Shown here: positions 1 through 9,575 of the stretch, one piece after another
Layout of the letters: every line of letters starts with the position of its first letter
How positions within the stretch are numbered: the stretch's first letter is position 1
NCBI GenBank assembly: GCA_020854115.1
Contig: JADZGC010000004.1
Coordinates: 1,665-65,664 of the forward strand
Direction of reading: 5' to 3'
Length of the DNA stretch: 64,000 nt
From: a bacterium
GTDB lineage: Bacteria > Patescibacteriota > Saccharimonadia > CAILAD01 > GCA-016700035
Notes under the pieces: model-generated
Database searches by the model: none
What the model was told of the DNA's origin: nothing
The model's input: only the letters and a program-made list of their open reading frames with translations
Position numbers and translations under genes: made by a program

Positions 1-597
1 CTCAAGCTTAAGAACCAGCAGACACGTCGTATGGTGACAATTGTCTGTCTTTTAATTGTGACGAGCGTTGGTGCATCGATTGTTATCTTGTTGCTGCTAC
101 TAGGTACGCGGGCACTTCAGTACAACAGCAATAGTGGCACAATTGATAAGCTCAAGAAGGATATAGAGAATAAGATGACGGTCGAGCAGGATGTTGCTTG
201 GTTTAATGACTCGCTCGATGCATCGTACACTATAAGCAATAGTCGTATTTTGATAAGTCAACTGTTTGATCAATTGACTCAAGCATTGCCGAAAGAGGTC
301 AAAATGACGGCGCTCACAGTAGATCCTAGTTATCAGGTTAAGGCAACGGTGACTGCCCCTGACTTTAATACTGTGGCACTGTTTGGTAATGCCCTAAGTA
401 CATTTAACACGTATGCCGAGAAGCGCATACCTGGCATGGACCAAAAGGCAGTTTTTACGGAAGTAAAAATTGACTCAGTTTCAAACAAAAAAAATCAAAG
501 CGCTGAGCAGAAGGAATTTACGGTGGTATTCACGGTAGACAAAGATTTAGTACAGAAGTTTCGCAACGACGCAAGTAAGACTGGACAGGGATCATAA
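1..597 (+). CDS. PilN-like type IV pilus alignment protein (frame open to window edge, probably 5'-partial)
   Basis: N-terminal TM helix, coiled coil, then 'LTQALPKEVKMTALTV' PilN-like segment; first gene of pil cluster. Confidence 0.7.
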   Translation, partial: LKLKNQQTRRMVTIVCLLIVTSVGASIVILLLLLGTRALQYNSNSGTIDKLKKDIENKMTVEQDVAWFNDSLDASYTISNSRILISQLFDQLTQALPKEVKMTALTVDPSYQVKATVTAPDFNTVALFGNALSTFNTYAEKRIPGMDQKAVFTEVKIDSVSNKKNQSAEQKEFTVVFTVDKDLVQKFRNDASKTGQGS

Positions 598-599
598 TA

Positions 600-1328
600 A
601 TGGCGCCTAAGAAACCAGATGCCACTAAGAAATTACAGGTTCCTGAGACACGCTTAACTCAGTTGCAACAAACTAATATGCGTAATTTCTTGATCATTAC
701 GATTGCCGGTACAGTGCTTTCGGTGCTAGTGGGTGGATACTTCATATATCAGTTAGCCCAAGCCAACATCAAGAAGTCAAACGAGATCAAGGCTCAAGAT
801 ATCTACATAGGCTTGGTGAAGAAAAAAGTTGAAATACTACAAAAGTCAGAGGCGCAGCTCAATAGGATCAAAACAGCTGACTCTACAGGAGTATCTGATT
901 TTTCGCGTATTACAGAACGTGTCTTGCCGCCAACCGATGATCTAGGCACTATTCTCACTATTTTTCAAAAGCTTCAGTCCCAAACACTCGTACAGATAGA
1001 TGACGTATCAAAGGAAGTAAATACTCTCGCTGCGCCGACAGCGACTGCAGGGGGGAGTAGCGCTTCGACGAGTAGCAGTGCGACTTCTTCGTTCCAATTA
1101 AGCTTCAAGTCAACTGGAACGTATGATCAGATTAAGAACTTTCTCAAATCCATAGAGGCGTCGCAGCGAGTATTTGACTTCTCGACCCTCAAGATATCGG
1201 CAGAGAGCAATATTTTGTCACTTGATATGACCTACAATCTTTATTTCAAAGAAAAACCATCGATTGCTGATACCGAAATGCTGCTATCCGACTATCAGAA
1301 GAAGCATGCTGAAGGGAGCGCACAATGA
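600..1328 (+). CDS. PilO-like type IV pilus assembly protein
   Basis: TM helix plus coiled coil plus C-terminal 'GTYDQIKNFLKSIEASQRVFD' PilO-type motif; follows PilN-like gene. Confidence 0.75.
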   Translation: MAPKKPDATKKLQVPETRLTQLQQTNMRNFLIITIAGTVLSVLVGGYFIYQLAQANIKKSNEIKAQDIYIGLVKKKVEILQKSEAQLNRIKTADSTGVSDFSRITERVLPPTDDLGTILTIFQKLQSQTLVQIDDVSKEVNTLAAPTATAGGSSASTSSSATSSFQLSFKSTGTYDQIKNFLKSIEASQRVFDFSTLKISAESNILSLDMTYNLYFKEKPSIADTEMLLSDYQKKHAEGSAQ

Positions 1329-1606
1329 AACGACGCGATATGATCGGGCTCGTCATCGCAATTGCGATTTTTGTGGCCGCGGGAGTGCTGCTGTACTCTC
1401 AGCTCGCTCCGGCACCGCAGGATAGTGGCATCAAGGTGACTATTCCGCGTCCGGTGACTATGCCGCTCGATGAGGCGGATACGAGTCAGCCAAATGATCG
1501 AACAAAGCTTGACGAGCTCAAGAAGCTGACAGATTTCTCGACACCACAGAAATGTATTGATCAGCCTGACAGATGTGGTGGCAATACGCAGATATTTGGA
1601 CAATAG
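1325..1606 (+). CDS. Small membrane-anchored pilus-locus protein
   Basis: 93 aa, single N-terminal TM, ATGA overlap with upstream gene. Confidence 0.6.
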   Translation: MKRRDMIGLVIAIAIFVAAGVLLYSQLAPAPQDSGIKVTIPRPVTMPLDEADTSQPNDRTKLDELKKLTDFSTPQKCIDQPDRCGGNTQIFGQ

Positions 1607-1615
1607 GAGGCGAAC

Positions 1616-3409
1616 ATGCTGACGCTTGATAATCAGCGCCAAATCGAGACCCTCATCACGCAAGGCCAAATTGTTAAGCCTGATATTCTCGAGATCGCCA
1701 AGCTACGGGCGGTCAAGGAGAATAAAGGGCTATTGCAGATATTGTTAGACATGGAAGCAATCAACGAAGAAGATTCGGTGAAGCTGATTGCTATAGCTAA
1801 GAAAATCCCTTTTGCTGATCTTGTACATTTAGATAGGCCGATCGACAAGAAGCTCACAGAGCTATTGCCGCAGGAGGTGGCTCGAGAATATATGGCGGTG
1901 CCTTTCGGTGTGTCTAACGGTACACTTAACGTCGCAATGCTCGATCCGACCAATCTGCAAGCGGTGGACTTCGTGTCTCGCAAGACGGGCTATCCTATCA
2001 CGGCTTATATAGCATCGCAGGCGGGCATCAATCGCGTACTGGGGATGTATGCTGACCGCTATAGCAAAGAGATCGAGGATGTCCTCAAGAATGTTGCGTC
2101 AGCCGAGAAAGAAGAGGCTGCAGCCGCTAAGAAAGAGCAAGTCGATAAATCTAAAGCCCAAAATATTGTCCAAGACGCGCCAATTACTCGCGCGCTCAAC
2201 ACCATACTCGAATACGCGATTAACTCTCAGGCGTCAGATATCCATGTCGAGCCACGTCAGCATGAGCTGAAGATTCGCTTTCGTATAGATGGCATGCTTC
2301 AGGAAGTTATGACACTGCCCAAGTCGACTGAGCCGGCTTTGATTTCTCGCATCAAGATTCTCTCCAATCTCAAGATCGACGAGCACCGCATGACACAGGA
2401 CGGACAGGCGGTCTATATGTTTGAAGGTCGTGAAGTGGACTTACGTATTGCGATTGCGCCGATTACGTACGGCGAGCAGGTAGTAATTCGTATCCTCGAC
2501 AAGAATGCGCACCAGATCACTCTCGACTCGCTTGGTTTTCGTGGTCGCAGTTTGCGCCTTATTCAATCAGGCATGCACAAGCCGCATGGCATGATCCTCT
2601 CCACGGGCCCAACTGGCTCGGGTAAATCCACGACACTGTACGCAGTCGTACAGGCGATTAAGAGTGTCACGCTCAATATTGTCACGCTTGAGGATCCTGT
2701 GGAATACAAGATGGACGGAATTAATCAAATCCAGGTCAACACAGCTGTCGGTCTGACCTTCGCAAATGGGCTGCGTTCAATCTTGCGTCAAGATCCAAAT
2801 GTGGTGCTGGTAGGGGAAATTCGTGACTCTGAGACGGCTGATCTGGCTGTACAGGCGGCGCTTACGGGACACACGGTGCTCTCTACGCTGCACACCAACT
2901 CGGCTTCAGGCGTATTGCCTCGTCTGCTCGACATGAAGATCGAGCCGTTCCTGATCGCATCGACGGTCAATACGGTGATTGGGCAGCGCTTGGTGCGAAA
3001 GGTGTGTCAGAAGTGCAAGAAGTCGTATGCGGCATCGCCTTCAGCGATTCAAATAATAAACAAGATCATTGGGTCATTTTTGCCGAAGACACCAGAAGAG
3101 CAGAAGGCTAAGGCGGAAGAATATGGCTACGAAGGTTTGCCCTTATATAGTGAAACCGCTTATACTTTATACAAGGGGGAAGGCTGCGCCGACTGTAAGG
3201 AAGGCTATGCTGGTCGTATCGGTATCTTTGAAGTGTATGAAATGAACCCAGCTATGGAGAAGTTGCTGCTCGCACACGCGACTACAACCGATATCCAGGC
3301 GCAGGCCATCAAGGACGGCATGCTCACTATGCAGCAAGATGGGTATCTCAAAGCTTTGACAGGTATTTCTACGATCGAGGAAGTGTCGCGCGTAGCGACG
3401 GATCATTAA
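1616..3409 (+). CDS. pilB: Type IV pilus assembly ATPase (PilB/GspE)
   Basis: Walker A GPTGSGKST, TLEDPVEY, LRQDPNVVLVGEIRD, STLHTN, CxxC...CxxC; SD AGGAGG. Confidence 0.95.
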   Translation: MLTLDNQRQIETLITQGQIVKPDILEIAKLRAVKENKGLLQILLDMEAINEEDSVKLIAIAKKIPFADLVHLDRPIDKKLTELLPQEVAREYMAVPFGVSNGTLNVAMLDPTNLQAVDFVSRKTGYPITAYIASQAGINRVLGMYADRYSKEIEDVLKNVASAEKEEAAAAKKEQVDKSKAQNIVQDAPITRALNTILEYAINSQASDIHVEPRQHELKIRFRIDGMLQEVMTLPKSTEPALISRIKILSNLKIDEHRMTQDGQAVYMFEGREVDLRIAIAPITYGEQVVIRILDKNAHQITLDSLGFRGRSLRLIQSGMHKPHGMILSTGPTGSGKSTTLYAVVQAIKSVTLNIVTLEDPVEYKMDGINQIQVNTAVGLTFANGLRSILRQDPNVVLVGEIRDSETADLAVQAALTGHTVLSTLHTNSASGVLPRLLDMKIEPFLIASTVNTVIGQRLVRKVCQKCKKSYAASPSAIQIINKIIGSFLPKTPEEQKAKAEEYGYEGLPLYSETAYTLYKGEGCADCKEGYAGRIGIFEVYEMNPAMEKLLLAHATTTDIQAQAIKDGMLTMQQDGYLKALTGISTIEEVSRVATDH

Positions 3410-3421
3410 GTAATTATTTCT

Positions 3422-4933
3422 ATGCCCCCAACGAATACCACTCCCACACCTCCATCCCAGCCAACCCAAAGCCAGGCTGGCACGATGCCGCCGCAGTCGT
3501 CTGTCACCGACGGCTTGGCGACGTCGGGCATCATCCGCGCGCAGAATCCACTGGCATCGACTGGACAAACGGTAGAAATTCCCGACCAGCCGCTTGTCGA
3601 AAACATTGCTCCAGCAGTCTCGCTCGAGGGTGGGGTTGGTGTGCCTACGGCACCGATAGTAGTACCGACCTCCAGTTTGGATGACGAAGACATGGATATG
3701 CCACCGAGCCTGCCGCAGTCTCCACAGGCTGGGGGAGTAAGTGTTACCCCCGGTGGTCAAGTGTTGGATCAAGGTCCTGTGGCAGTTCAAGCCCCGGCCA
3801 TGCAGCCAGTACAGAAGTCAGACCAAGCTGTAGCCGAAGCTGATCAAGTGCATAATATTCGATCTAGTGGTGGGCATGCCACGATCGAGCCATATCTCGA
3901 AGAAGTGATTCGTCGTGACGCCTCTGATATCCACTTGCAGGTTGGTTTGCCGGCCATGCTGCGTGTCGATGGTTCATTATCGCCAATTCGTGATTCGAAG
4001 GAGCTGACGGCTGATGATATCGATGAAATTATCTTCAATCTCCTCGACGAAGAGCAAAAAGAAATCTACACGCATGACAAAGAAATCGACTTTTCGTTTG
4101 CGTATGGCGATCTCGGTCGTTTTCGCGTTAATGCCTTCCATGAGAAGGGGAATCCAGCTGGCGCGTTTCGCTTGATCCCCAATAAGATTCGCACCGTCGA
4201 GGAGCTCGGCTTGCCGGCCGTGGTCAATAAGATGACGGATTTCCCGCGTGGCCTGGTGCTTGTTACTGGCCCGACCGGTTCCGGTAAGAGTACTTCCTTG
4301 GCCGCAATGGTGGATCGCATCAATCGTGAGAAAGCACTGCACATAATCACGATAGAAGACCCGATTGAGTATCAGCATCATCATAAGAAATCGATCGTTG
4401 TACAGCGTGAAGTACACTTCGATACGCCGAGCTTCTCAGCGGCACTCCGCAGTGCTTTGCGTGAAGACCCGGACGTAGTGCTCATCGGTGAGATGCGTGA
4501 TCTCGAAACTATCTCGACAGCAATCACTGTCGCTGAGACTGGTCACTTGGTACTTGCGACGTTGCACACCAACTCGGCCGCTAGCTCGATTGATCGTATG
4601 ATCGACGTCTTCCCTCCACACCAGCAGCAACAGATCCGCATACAGTTGTCGGGGATTCTCCAGGCTGTGGTAGCGCAGCGACTGATTCCGATGATTGGTG
4701 GTGGGAGATTGGCTGCCGCAGAGATTCTGATGGTGACGCCGGCGGTACGCAACATTATCCGTGAAGGCAAGACCCATCAGCTCGATGGTGTGATCCAGAC
4801 TGGTGCTGAGTACGGCATGCAGTCGATGGACGCGACGTTGGCGCACCTTATCCATGAGGGCAAGATCAGCTATGAGGAGGCGAAGAATTATGCCGTCAAT
4901 CTCGAAGAATTTGACCGCTTGATGCGGCAGTAG
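3422..4933 (+). CDS. pilT: Type IV pilus retraction ATPase PilT with ~150-aa Pro/Thr/Gln-rich N-terminal extension
   Basis: GPTGSGKST, TIEDPIEY, ALREDPD, AETGHLVLATLHT, AVRNIIRE, GMQSMD. Confidence 0.95.
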   Translation: MPPTNTTPTPPSQPTQSQAGTMPPQSSVTDGLATSGIIRAQNPLASTGQTVEIPDQPLVENIAPAVSLEGGVGVPTAPIVVPTSSLDDEDMDMPPSLPQSPQAGGVSVTPGGQVLDQGPVAVQAPAMQPVQKSDQAVAEADQVHNIRSSGGHATIEPYLEEVIRRDASDIHLQVGLPAMLRVDGSLSPIRDSKELTADDIDEIIFNLLDEEQKEIYTHDKEIDFSFAYGDLGRFRVNAFHEKGNPAGAFRLIPNKIRTVEELGLPAVVNKMTDFPRGLVLVTGPTGSGKSTSLAAMVDRINREKALHIITIEDPIEYQHHHKKSIVVQREVHFDTPSFSAALRSALREDPDVVLIGEMRDLETISTAITVAETGHLVLATLHTNSAASSIDRMIDVFPPHQQQQIRIQLSGILQAVVAQRLIPMIGGGRLAAAEILMVTPAVRNIIREGKTHQLDGVIQTGAEYGMQSMDATLAHLIHEGKISYEEAKNYAVNLEEFDRLMRQ

Positions 4934-4946
4934 GGGATGCTGATCG

Positions 4947-6155
4947 ATGATTGACTACAAATACAAGGCTAAAGACACGGTCACCGGACGGGTGATTGAG
5001 GGCTTTATTTCGGCCGACAACGAGATGGCGGCCGGCAAGCTGCTGATTAAGCAAAATCTCTACCCGATGGAGATTCATCCGAAGGGCGGTAGCGTACTTG
5101 GCGTCGGCTCCACGACTGGCCGGGTGCCGATCAAGGCCAAGGTGATCTTTACGCGTCAGATGGCAACGCTCATCAAGGCCGGTCTGCCAGTAGGTACTGC
5201 GCTTAATAGTGCCCTCGGCCAGATTGATAATAAGAAGTTGCAGACTATTATCTTTCGCATTGGTAAATCAGTCGAAGGCGGTACGGCCTTCTCTCAGGCT
5301 CTCGCGGAATATCCGGACAGTTTTAATCATATCTACGTCGCGATGGTGCAGGCTGGTGAAGCTAGTGGTACGCTTGATACTACTATGTTGCGCCTGGCTG
5401 ATCAGATAGAGAAGGAAGCTGACATTATCTCCAAGATTCGCGGGGCGCTCGTCTATCCGGCATTGGTTATGTTGGTGATCATTGGCGTCTTGGTGTACAT
5501 GCTTTCAAGCGTGGTGCCGCAGATTGAGACGCTTTACAAGAGCTTTAATAAGGAGCTACCCTTCGTTACTCAGCTTATTATTGCTGTTACAAATGCTTTT
5601 GGTAAGTATTGGCTTATCATTATTCCTGCAATCGTGGCGACCATATATGGCATATATATTTACACAAAATCACCTAGCGGACGTAAGCTGGTTGATCGAT
5701 TGAAGATTACCTTGCCGCCCTTTAATCAGCTCTTGATCAAGATGTACATGGCGCGTTTCGCACGTGCGTTAGGCAGCTTAACGAGTAGCGGAATTCCAAT
5801 TCTTGAGTCATTAAAGCTAGTGAGCGATAGTCTTAACAACATTCTACTGCAATCGGAGGTCGCTACATTGACGGAGCAGGTGAAGTCGGGTAGAGCGCTG
5901 TCGGAGTCACTTGCTAAGACTGAGTATTTCTTGCCTCTCGTAGGGCAAATGGTGAAGGTGGGTGAGGACTCAGGTACTATGGGGGATATGCTGGATAAGC
6001 TCGCGACCTTCTATGAAAATGAAGTGGATCAGCTAGTCAAAAACCTATCAACGCTCATAGAGCCGTTAATCATTATTTTCTTAGGATTCATGGTTATGAT
6101 CATAATTGTTGGCATTCTGTTTCCTGTCTATTCTCTCGTCGGCTCTGGTCTGTAA
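4947..6155 (+). CDS. pilC: Type IV pilus platform protein (PilC/GspF)
   Basis: FTRQMATLIKAG, AGEASGTL, GEDSG, LIEP motifs; three TM segments. Confidence 0.95.
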   Translation: MIDYKYKAKDTVTGRVIEGFISADNEMAAGKLLIKQNLYPMEIHPKGGSVLGVGSTTGRVPIKAKVIFTRQMATLIKAGLPVGTALNSALGQIDNKKLQTIIFRIGKSVEGGTAFSQALAEYPDSFNHIYVAMVQAGEASGTLDTTMLRLADQIEKEADIISKIRGALVYPALVMLVIIGVLVYMLSSVVPQIETLYKSFNKELPFVTQLIIAVTNAFGKYWLIIIPAIVATIYGIYIYTKSPSGRKLVDRLKITLPPFNQLLIKMYMARFARALGSLTSSGIPILESLKLVSDSLNNILLQSEVATLTEQVKSGRALSESLAKTEYFLPLVGQMVKVGEDSGTMGDMLDKLATFYENEVDQLVKNLSTLIEPLIIIFLGFMVMIIIVGILFPVYSLVGSGL

Positions 6156-6160
6156 TGCAG

Positions 6161-6188
6161 TTGACGTCGTGTGTCATTTTGTTATGAT
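6161..6188 (+). promoter_or_regulatory. Sigma70-type promoter of major pilin
   Basis: TTGACG-16 bp-TATGAT with extended -10 TG; SD AGGAGG before ATG 6231. Confidence 0.65.
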
Positions 6189-6230
6189 AAGCATAAGCTT
6201 TATCGCTCACAAAATTATTTAGGAGGAATT

Positions 6231-6659
6231 ATGAAAAATCAGTCATTAAGAAAAGGTTTTACCTTGATCGAAGTCGTGATTGTGTTGGCTATTGCTGCGT
6301 TAATCATGGTGGTAGTGTTCTTGGCGGTTCAAGGGGCACAGAGGGGCCAGCGTGATAACACACGTAAGGATATTGCGAATCGCACTCTGTCAGCAGTAAC
6401 TGCCTTTAAGGGTAATAATAGTGGCACGCCACCTACGACAGCTGCCCATATGACCGATTTGGCGAATAACTATATGCGTGCAACTAGTGGAACCTTGACA
6501 GCTCAGGGTATGACATTTACCTGGCAAACTGGCGCTCTTGGTGCTTGTCCTCAAACTGCTCCAGGTACGGGTGGTCCGGTTCGAGTGCAATCAGGCGCAA
6601 CCGATACTGTTAGTGTCTGTCTTGAAGCTGCAGCTGCGGCATACAGCGTAAATAACTAA
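6231..6659 (+). CDS. Major type IV pilin (PilA-like)
   Basis: KG|FTLIEV class III signal; own promoter, strong SD and terminator; C-terminal Cys pair. Start placed at ATG 6231. Confidence 0.9.
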   Translation: MKNQSLRKGFTLIEVVIVLAIAALIMVVVFLAVQGAQRGQRDNTRKDIANRTLSAVTAFKGNNSGTPPTTAAHMTDLANNYMRATSGTLTAQGMTFTWQTGALGACPQTAPGTGGPVRVQSGATDTVSVCLEAAAAAYSVNN

Positions 6660-6670
6660 GGATTAATACA

Positions 6671-6710
6671 TCCTACTTTAAAAGCCCCTATAGGGGCTTT
6701 TAAAGTAGGA
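6671..6710. terminator. Perfect 40-bp palindrome, probable intrinsic terminator after pilin
   Basis: TCCTACTTTAAAAGCCCCTA|TAGGGGCTTTTAAAGTAGGA is its own reverse complement. Confidence 0.8.
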
Positions 6711-6734
6711 CTCGGATGCCTGTATAATCTAGTT

Positions 6735-7535
6735 ATGTTTACCTTATCAATCGCCCTACCATCCTTGCTAGTGGCTCTGTATGGCCTGCTTGTCGGTAGT
6801 TTTTTAAATGCCTGGATATGGCGCCTCGCCCATGGCAAGCATGTCTCTCGGGGGCGCAGCATGTGTCCGCACTGCCATACGCAGCTGAAGTGGTATGAGC
6901 TTATCCCTGTTTTGAGCTACATTGGCCTACGGGGGCGCTGTCGTACGTGTCATAAGTCGATCAGTTTTCAGTATCCGCTCGTTGAGCTCCTTACAGCGTT
7001 ATCATGGGTTGGGCTCTTTGTGTACTTTCAGCCGAAGACTTCATTTGGAATGGCAGAGTTTGGAGTGTGGCTTGTGGTTACAACACTGCTCATTGCTTCG
7101 TTCGTTTATGATTGGCTGCATATGGAGCTCCCAGATCAATTCACGATTCCAGCGATTGTCGTTGCAGCAAGTTGGCTCGTGGTGAGGTGGTTGTTGTTTC
7201 ACGAATCAAGCCTGGCGATATCACAGCTGATTTGTGCCGGGCTGTTTGGTGGATTTTACTTGCTTATGTGGTTTGGTTCGCGTGGCAAGTGGCTGGGGGA
7301 CGGGGATATAAGGCTTGCTGTACTGATGGGGTTGATACTTACTCCTACGCAGCTAGTGGTAGCGATATTTGCGACGTACTTTATTGGAGCTGTGATAAGC
7401 CTGGTGCTCATAGTATTGAAGTTTAAGACGCGCAAGGATGCTATCGCATTTGGACCATTTCTTATCATCGGTATGTACGTAGGGTTCTTTGCCGGGGAGA
7501 GACTACTGGATGCATACTTCAAGCTGCTGACCTAG
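6735..7535 (+). CDS. pilD: Prepilin peptidase/N-methyltransferase
   Basis: GSFLN, RSMCPHC..GRCRTC, YPLVEL, GDGDIRL, FGPFL motifs. Confidence 0.95.
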   Translation: MFTLSIALPSLLVALYGLLVGSFLNAWIWRLAHGKHVSRGRSMCPHCHTQLKWYELIPVLSYIGLRGRCRTCHKSISFQYPLVELLTALSWVGLFVYFQPKTSFGMAEFGVWLVVTTLLIASFVYDWLHMELPDQFTIPAIVVAASWLVVRWLLFHESSLAISQLICAGLFGGFYLLMWFGSRGKWLGDGDIRLAVLMGLILTPTQLVVAIFATYFIGAVISLVLIVLKFKTRKDAIAFGPFLIIGMYVGFFAGERLLDAYFKLLT

Positions 7536-7566
7536 ATCAAGCACAAGTGGTATAATTGTACTAAGT

Positions 7567-8352
7567 ATGAAATCATCACCACGCCCGATGGGGTTATCTT
7601 TGATCGAACTTGTTATCACACTCGCTATTGCTGGCTTATTGACGGCTGGCTCATTTGCTTGGTATTCGACGCAGCGCAGCTCGCAGTTTTATGACGGTGC
7701 GAGACAAATAGAGTCGCAACTCAAGGACATTCAGACAAGTATCCTTACCAACGAAGTGCCAGATCCCTTGCTGATACCCACTCCCAACAACCTGACGCGA
7801 ATCGGCCATACGGTTTTTGCATCCTCGGTGACTGCAAACGGTACCGATAGCGCATCTGCAAATCCTACATTTGCTAGGCAGCTTACCGTAAGGTCCTATA
7901 CTGCTCAATACAATATGGACACGGGGCGAATTATTTCCGTAGCTATTACAAGTCCGTATGTAGATCGGCAGGTAACATTACCTGCAGGTATGGTTTATAG
8001 GGGTATGCGTATACTGCGAAGTCCAAGTCCTCCCGGTGCGCCCTGCGCCGATTTGAACAACTGGTCTTCGAGTAATACGCAAGCAGCTGCTCTCATTGAA
8101 GGTGCAGCGAGTATTAATACGATTACGTTTCGACAAGAGCCAAAAGCGTTGAATTATTTTGTCGGCAGCGGGGTAGTTGCAGATTATACTGCTTGGGGCG
8201 GGGATAACCCTGCCCCTGGAGTTGCTGCATCTATACCCTGTGGAGTAATGTGGGAGTTTTGGAGTCAGGAAATGATAGGTGGTAACCCAAGATTCAGGGC
8301 TGAAATAGTATATAATTTCGCCACATCAAGCTTTAGATTGGTGACACACTGA
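7567..8352 (+). CDS. Minor pilin (FimT/FimU-like position)
   Basis: G|LSLIELVI prepilin motif; TGGTATAAT at 7548-7556 upstream. Confidence 0.8.
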   Translation: MKSSPRPMGLSLIELVITLAIAGLLTAGSFAWYSTQRSSQFYDGARQIESQLKDIQTSILTNEVPDPLLIPTPNNLTRIGHTVFASSVTANGTDSASANPTFARQLTVRSYTAQYNMDTGRIISVAITSPYVDRQVTLPAGMVYRGMRILRSPSPPGAPCADLNNWSSSNTQAAALIEGAASINTITFRQEPKALNYFVGSGVVADYTAWGGDNPAPGVAASIPCGVMWEFWSQEMIGGNPRFRAEIVYNFATSSFRLVTH

Positions 8353-8915
8353 TGACAAAGCAGACGGCTCCAAAAGGCATGACACTTGTAGAGATACTGT
8401 TTGCATTTGCCGTCATCGGAACAGTAGTGACGGTGGCCTATTCAGCGGCCTTACGAGCCTGGCGCACGGCGGTGTCGGCTAATCAGCGTACGCAAGCCCA
8501 ATATCTCGCTCAGGATCAACTCGAGCGCGCTCGAGCGTATCGTAGTCTCTCGGTAACAAATGATCCTACATTGACGCAGACGAGCATGGATTGGAATGGT
8601 TTTCTAAACCAACTACATGGTCCAACTGGCATGCACCTTGCTACTTCCACCAGTCTAGGGCTCATCTGGGATGTGAATAATGGTCCCATCGGCCTCCGTG
8701 TTCCGGGTGACGATGCGACGAATTATACTGTAGCCTTACGATCTGAAGGGGTATATTGTTCTAACGGTGCACGGAGCGCAGCCCCCGCTGGCTGCGGCGG
8801 TCCTCAAAATGTGACCTCAGTAGATCTTCAGGCAGTGGTTACATGGACGGCTGCAACAGGGGTTACTGATAATAGGCTGATTGCAACGACACAATTATTA
8901 GCGCCAAGCGAGTAG
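8352..8915 (+). CDS. Minor pilin (PilV-like)
   Basis: KG|MTLVEIL motif; 'TQAQYLAQDQLERAR' helix. Confidence 0.8.
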   Translation: MTKQTAPKGMTLVEILFAFAVIGTVVTVAYSAALRAWRTAVSANQRTQAQYLAQDQLERARAYRSLSVTNDPTLTQTSMDWNGFLNQLHGPTGMHLATSTSLGLIWDVNNGPIGLRVPGDDATNYTVALRSEGVYCSNGARSAAPAGCGGPQNVTSVDLQAVVTWTAATGVTDNRLIATTQLLAPSE

Positions 8916-8921
8916 GATATT

Positions 8922-9545
8922 ATGAAGAGAAACCATCATACATCATCTAAACGATCTGGTTTTACGCTCATTGAGCTGACGTTTTCGATTGCGTTTCTCT
9001 CGATGTTGGCCTTGGGTGCGACGATTAGCTTTGTGAATATTATCGGTATTTACAATCGCGCGCAGGGGCTGACTCGCACGCAAGATGCAGCCCGCAATGC
9101 AATGGATGCTTTGTCTCGAGATCTTGTCCGTACGACAGACGTACTTACTACACCTGCACCTACACTTGCTCCTGTAGCAGGAGTCAGTGGTGTCGCGCGG
9201 TTCCACTGTTTGCGCGATAGCGAGGGGGCATCTGAGAGAGGGTATGCGTTACTTCGGCTTGCCGACAATCGATTTCACCTGGCACGTCTGCAAAATTGCT
9301 CTACGCTTGCCAACTACCAGCTCCTAGCACCACTACCAACCTGGTCTACATCTACAGCTTCACCAGTATCGGATTGTGCGGACGCCTTTGTGATTAGGCA
9401 AGTCCCCAAATCTGTGCCGAAAGTGTGGCAGGTGACTGTGCGTGTAACCCAGGGGGATCGTGATCCGTGCGGGGCGCCAGATGCCAACGCTCGAGATACG
9501 CTTGCGGCGACAACAGTTTTAAGTACTCATGTCGTCAATCAATAG
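8922..9545 (+). CDS. Minor pilin (PilW-like)
   Basis: SG|FTLIELT motif; 'ARNAMDALSRDL' helix. Confidence 0.8.
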   Translation: MKRNHHTSSKRSGFTLIELTFSIAFLSMLALGATISFVNIIGIYNRAQGLTRTQDAARNAMDALSRDLVRTTDVLTTPAPTLAPVAGVSGVARFHCLRDSEGASERGYALLRLADNRFHLARLQNCSTLANYQLLAPLPTWSTSTASPVSDCADAFVIRQVPKSVPKVWQVTVRVTQGDRDPCGAPDANARDTLAATTVLSTHVVNQ

Positions 9546-9575
9546 TGGTTTGCACGAGCATCGGATTGTAGTACT

